DNA of 64,000 nt, taken from NCBI GenBank assembly GCA_037379345.1, contig CM074521.1, positions 32,264,704 through 32,328,703 of the forward strand. The letters run 5' to 3'. Below, one piece after another: positions 62,650 through 64,000 of the stretch. Origin of the DNA: Perna viridis (lineage: Eukaryota). How positions within the stretch are numbered: position 1 is the first letter of the stretch; each line of letters starts with the position of its first letter. A program made the position numbers and the translations under genes. The notes beneath the pieces are model-generated. The model made no database searches. It had not been told where the DNA came from and saw only the letters and a list, made by a program, of their open reading frames with translations.

Positions 62650-62960
62650 GCCAGACTATTACAGGATTATACTCACTTGCAATATAACTGATTCCACTGG
62701 CGGAAAAGGCAATGCTAACCCTTCAGGGGCATCTGATGTCACTTCCAGATTTTGTCAGAGTTCAAAGTGCTACTGTTTTAATTTTTAAGTCTTGTTTCCC
62801 TTATCAGCTTTTATGAGCAATGTACACAAGTATATTATTAGGTTCCCTTCATTGTGTTAACAAATCATCTTGGTTTCATTTTGTGATCTCGTTCCGGCCA
62901 TGTTTTATGATTTTGACATATTTGGATTATTCCACAACTTACGCTTTGGTATTTCTTGCC
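62650..62960 (+). mobile_element. Penelope-derived non-coding repeat (family C), second copy
   Basis: Homology to 44190-44470. Confidence 0.55.
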
Positions 62961-63334
62961 GATAATTGCAAAATAAATCTTTGTCGTTTCCTTATATGTA
63001 GTCAATATAATATTGTCAAAATTCTAAAAATAGACCAAGAGTAATAATAGCATATGTTATTTACAATTAATTGCTACACATATAGAATGCAAATCAGTGT
63101 AAGATACGATGTACTTGTTGAATTTGAATGGTTATATCTTACATACTTACACAAAAACAAACATGAACTGATTAGTATTGTCCTAGCTATCGGCCATGTA
63201 GACAATAGATATCTGAAGTACTGGTTGAATTATTGCAAACGTCATTTTTTCAATATATTTAACAATATGTATCTATTTACAACCATATAATTCCTTCTGC
63301 ATGTACTTTTTAATTATTTTTTTTTAAATTTTAG

Positions 63335-63648
63335 ACTGAAACAGCAAAGGTTCCTGCTCCGATCGAATACCACAGCAGTATTCTTTAACGTGCGAGGAAC
63401 ATGGCATATTTCCCCAACACGGTGAACCACTATGGTTTGCGGTCAGGTTTTCCGTTTTAAGCCTGACAATCCCAGCATGTAACACGCAAGGCGTACCCAA
63501 TTCCACCATCTATGGCACACAACCCAGTTGTTTTGTGGGCAGAGCGCCCTAGCCCTCGGTTAGGATTCTAAGCTCTAGTTAGTCGCAATTTACGATAAGC
63601 TTAGCGCTGCTGCGGGCATATTCTTTTGGCACACGGACCCGCACAGTG
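63335..63648 (-). mobile_element. Family A short retroelement, copy 4 (3' part missing, diverged)
   Basis: Clear homology to 60465-60769. Confidence 0.8.
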
Positions 63649-64000
63649 CAATTGACATAATTGTAAATGAGAAAGTCAAAGGAGCAAGGTCATGATTCAC
63701 TATGTTGTTTTCTCAACTACATTTATTATAACACTACCATTATGTGGGGCGGTCAAATTATACGGAGATATATTTATTTTCTTTTGAAATCTTTAAATCT
63801 GGGTTAAACCAGGTTTTATAGCAAGGTTAACATTTTGCTTCCATTCTCCAGTTTATTATATTATACACGGGCAAAAAAAATTGTCACCACAAACTTAACA
63901 CCTCGTATTCTATCTTAATTTGGTTAAAATAAGAAGATTGAGCCTTATGTGTAGGTGTGTATGAAGGAGTATTATAGTTCAGTGATATCTGGAAGCGGTT

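Overview
AT-rich, intron-containing eukaryotic DNA. The repeat landscape (TACATGTA-rich spacers, Penelope-like fragments, Helentron/HINE-like repeats, RTE-X-like LINEs) suggests a bivalve mollusc, probably a mussel; this is inference. Reading splice sites by hand gives four intact multi-exon genes whose intron phases all close. (1) + 6418-15326: a 591-aa type-I membrane receptor with a WSC domain between two halves of C-type-lectin-like sequence, a second lectin-like unit, and a tail with 14 Tyr. (2) - 19421-23275: a 419-aa secernin (peptidase C69/Ntn hydrolase) with Ser at the catalytic Cys position and one GC-AG intron. (3) + 33530-35673: a 572-aa, 9-finger C2H2 protein. (4) + 54556-59622: a 255-aa CD-M6PR/Atg27-like sorting receptor, with a decayed tandem paralog at 42102-46404. 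Also present: a near full-length decayed LINE (36891-41657, minus) whose ORF2 follows ORF1 in frame across one TAA in a readthrough-like context; four copies of a TSD-flanked short retroelement with a structured 5' end; several palindromic MITEs; many minisatellites; and one 159-N gap. Most short ORFs in the supplied track are not genes. All domain and family calls come from motif recognition by eye, with no database searches.
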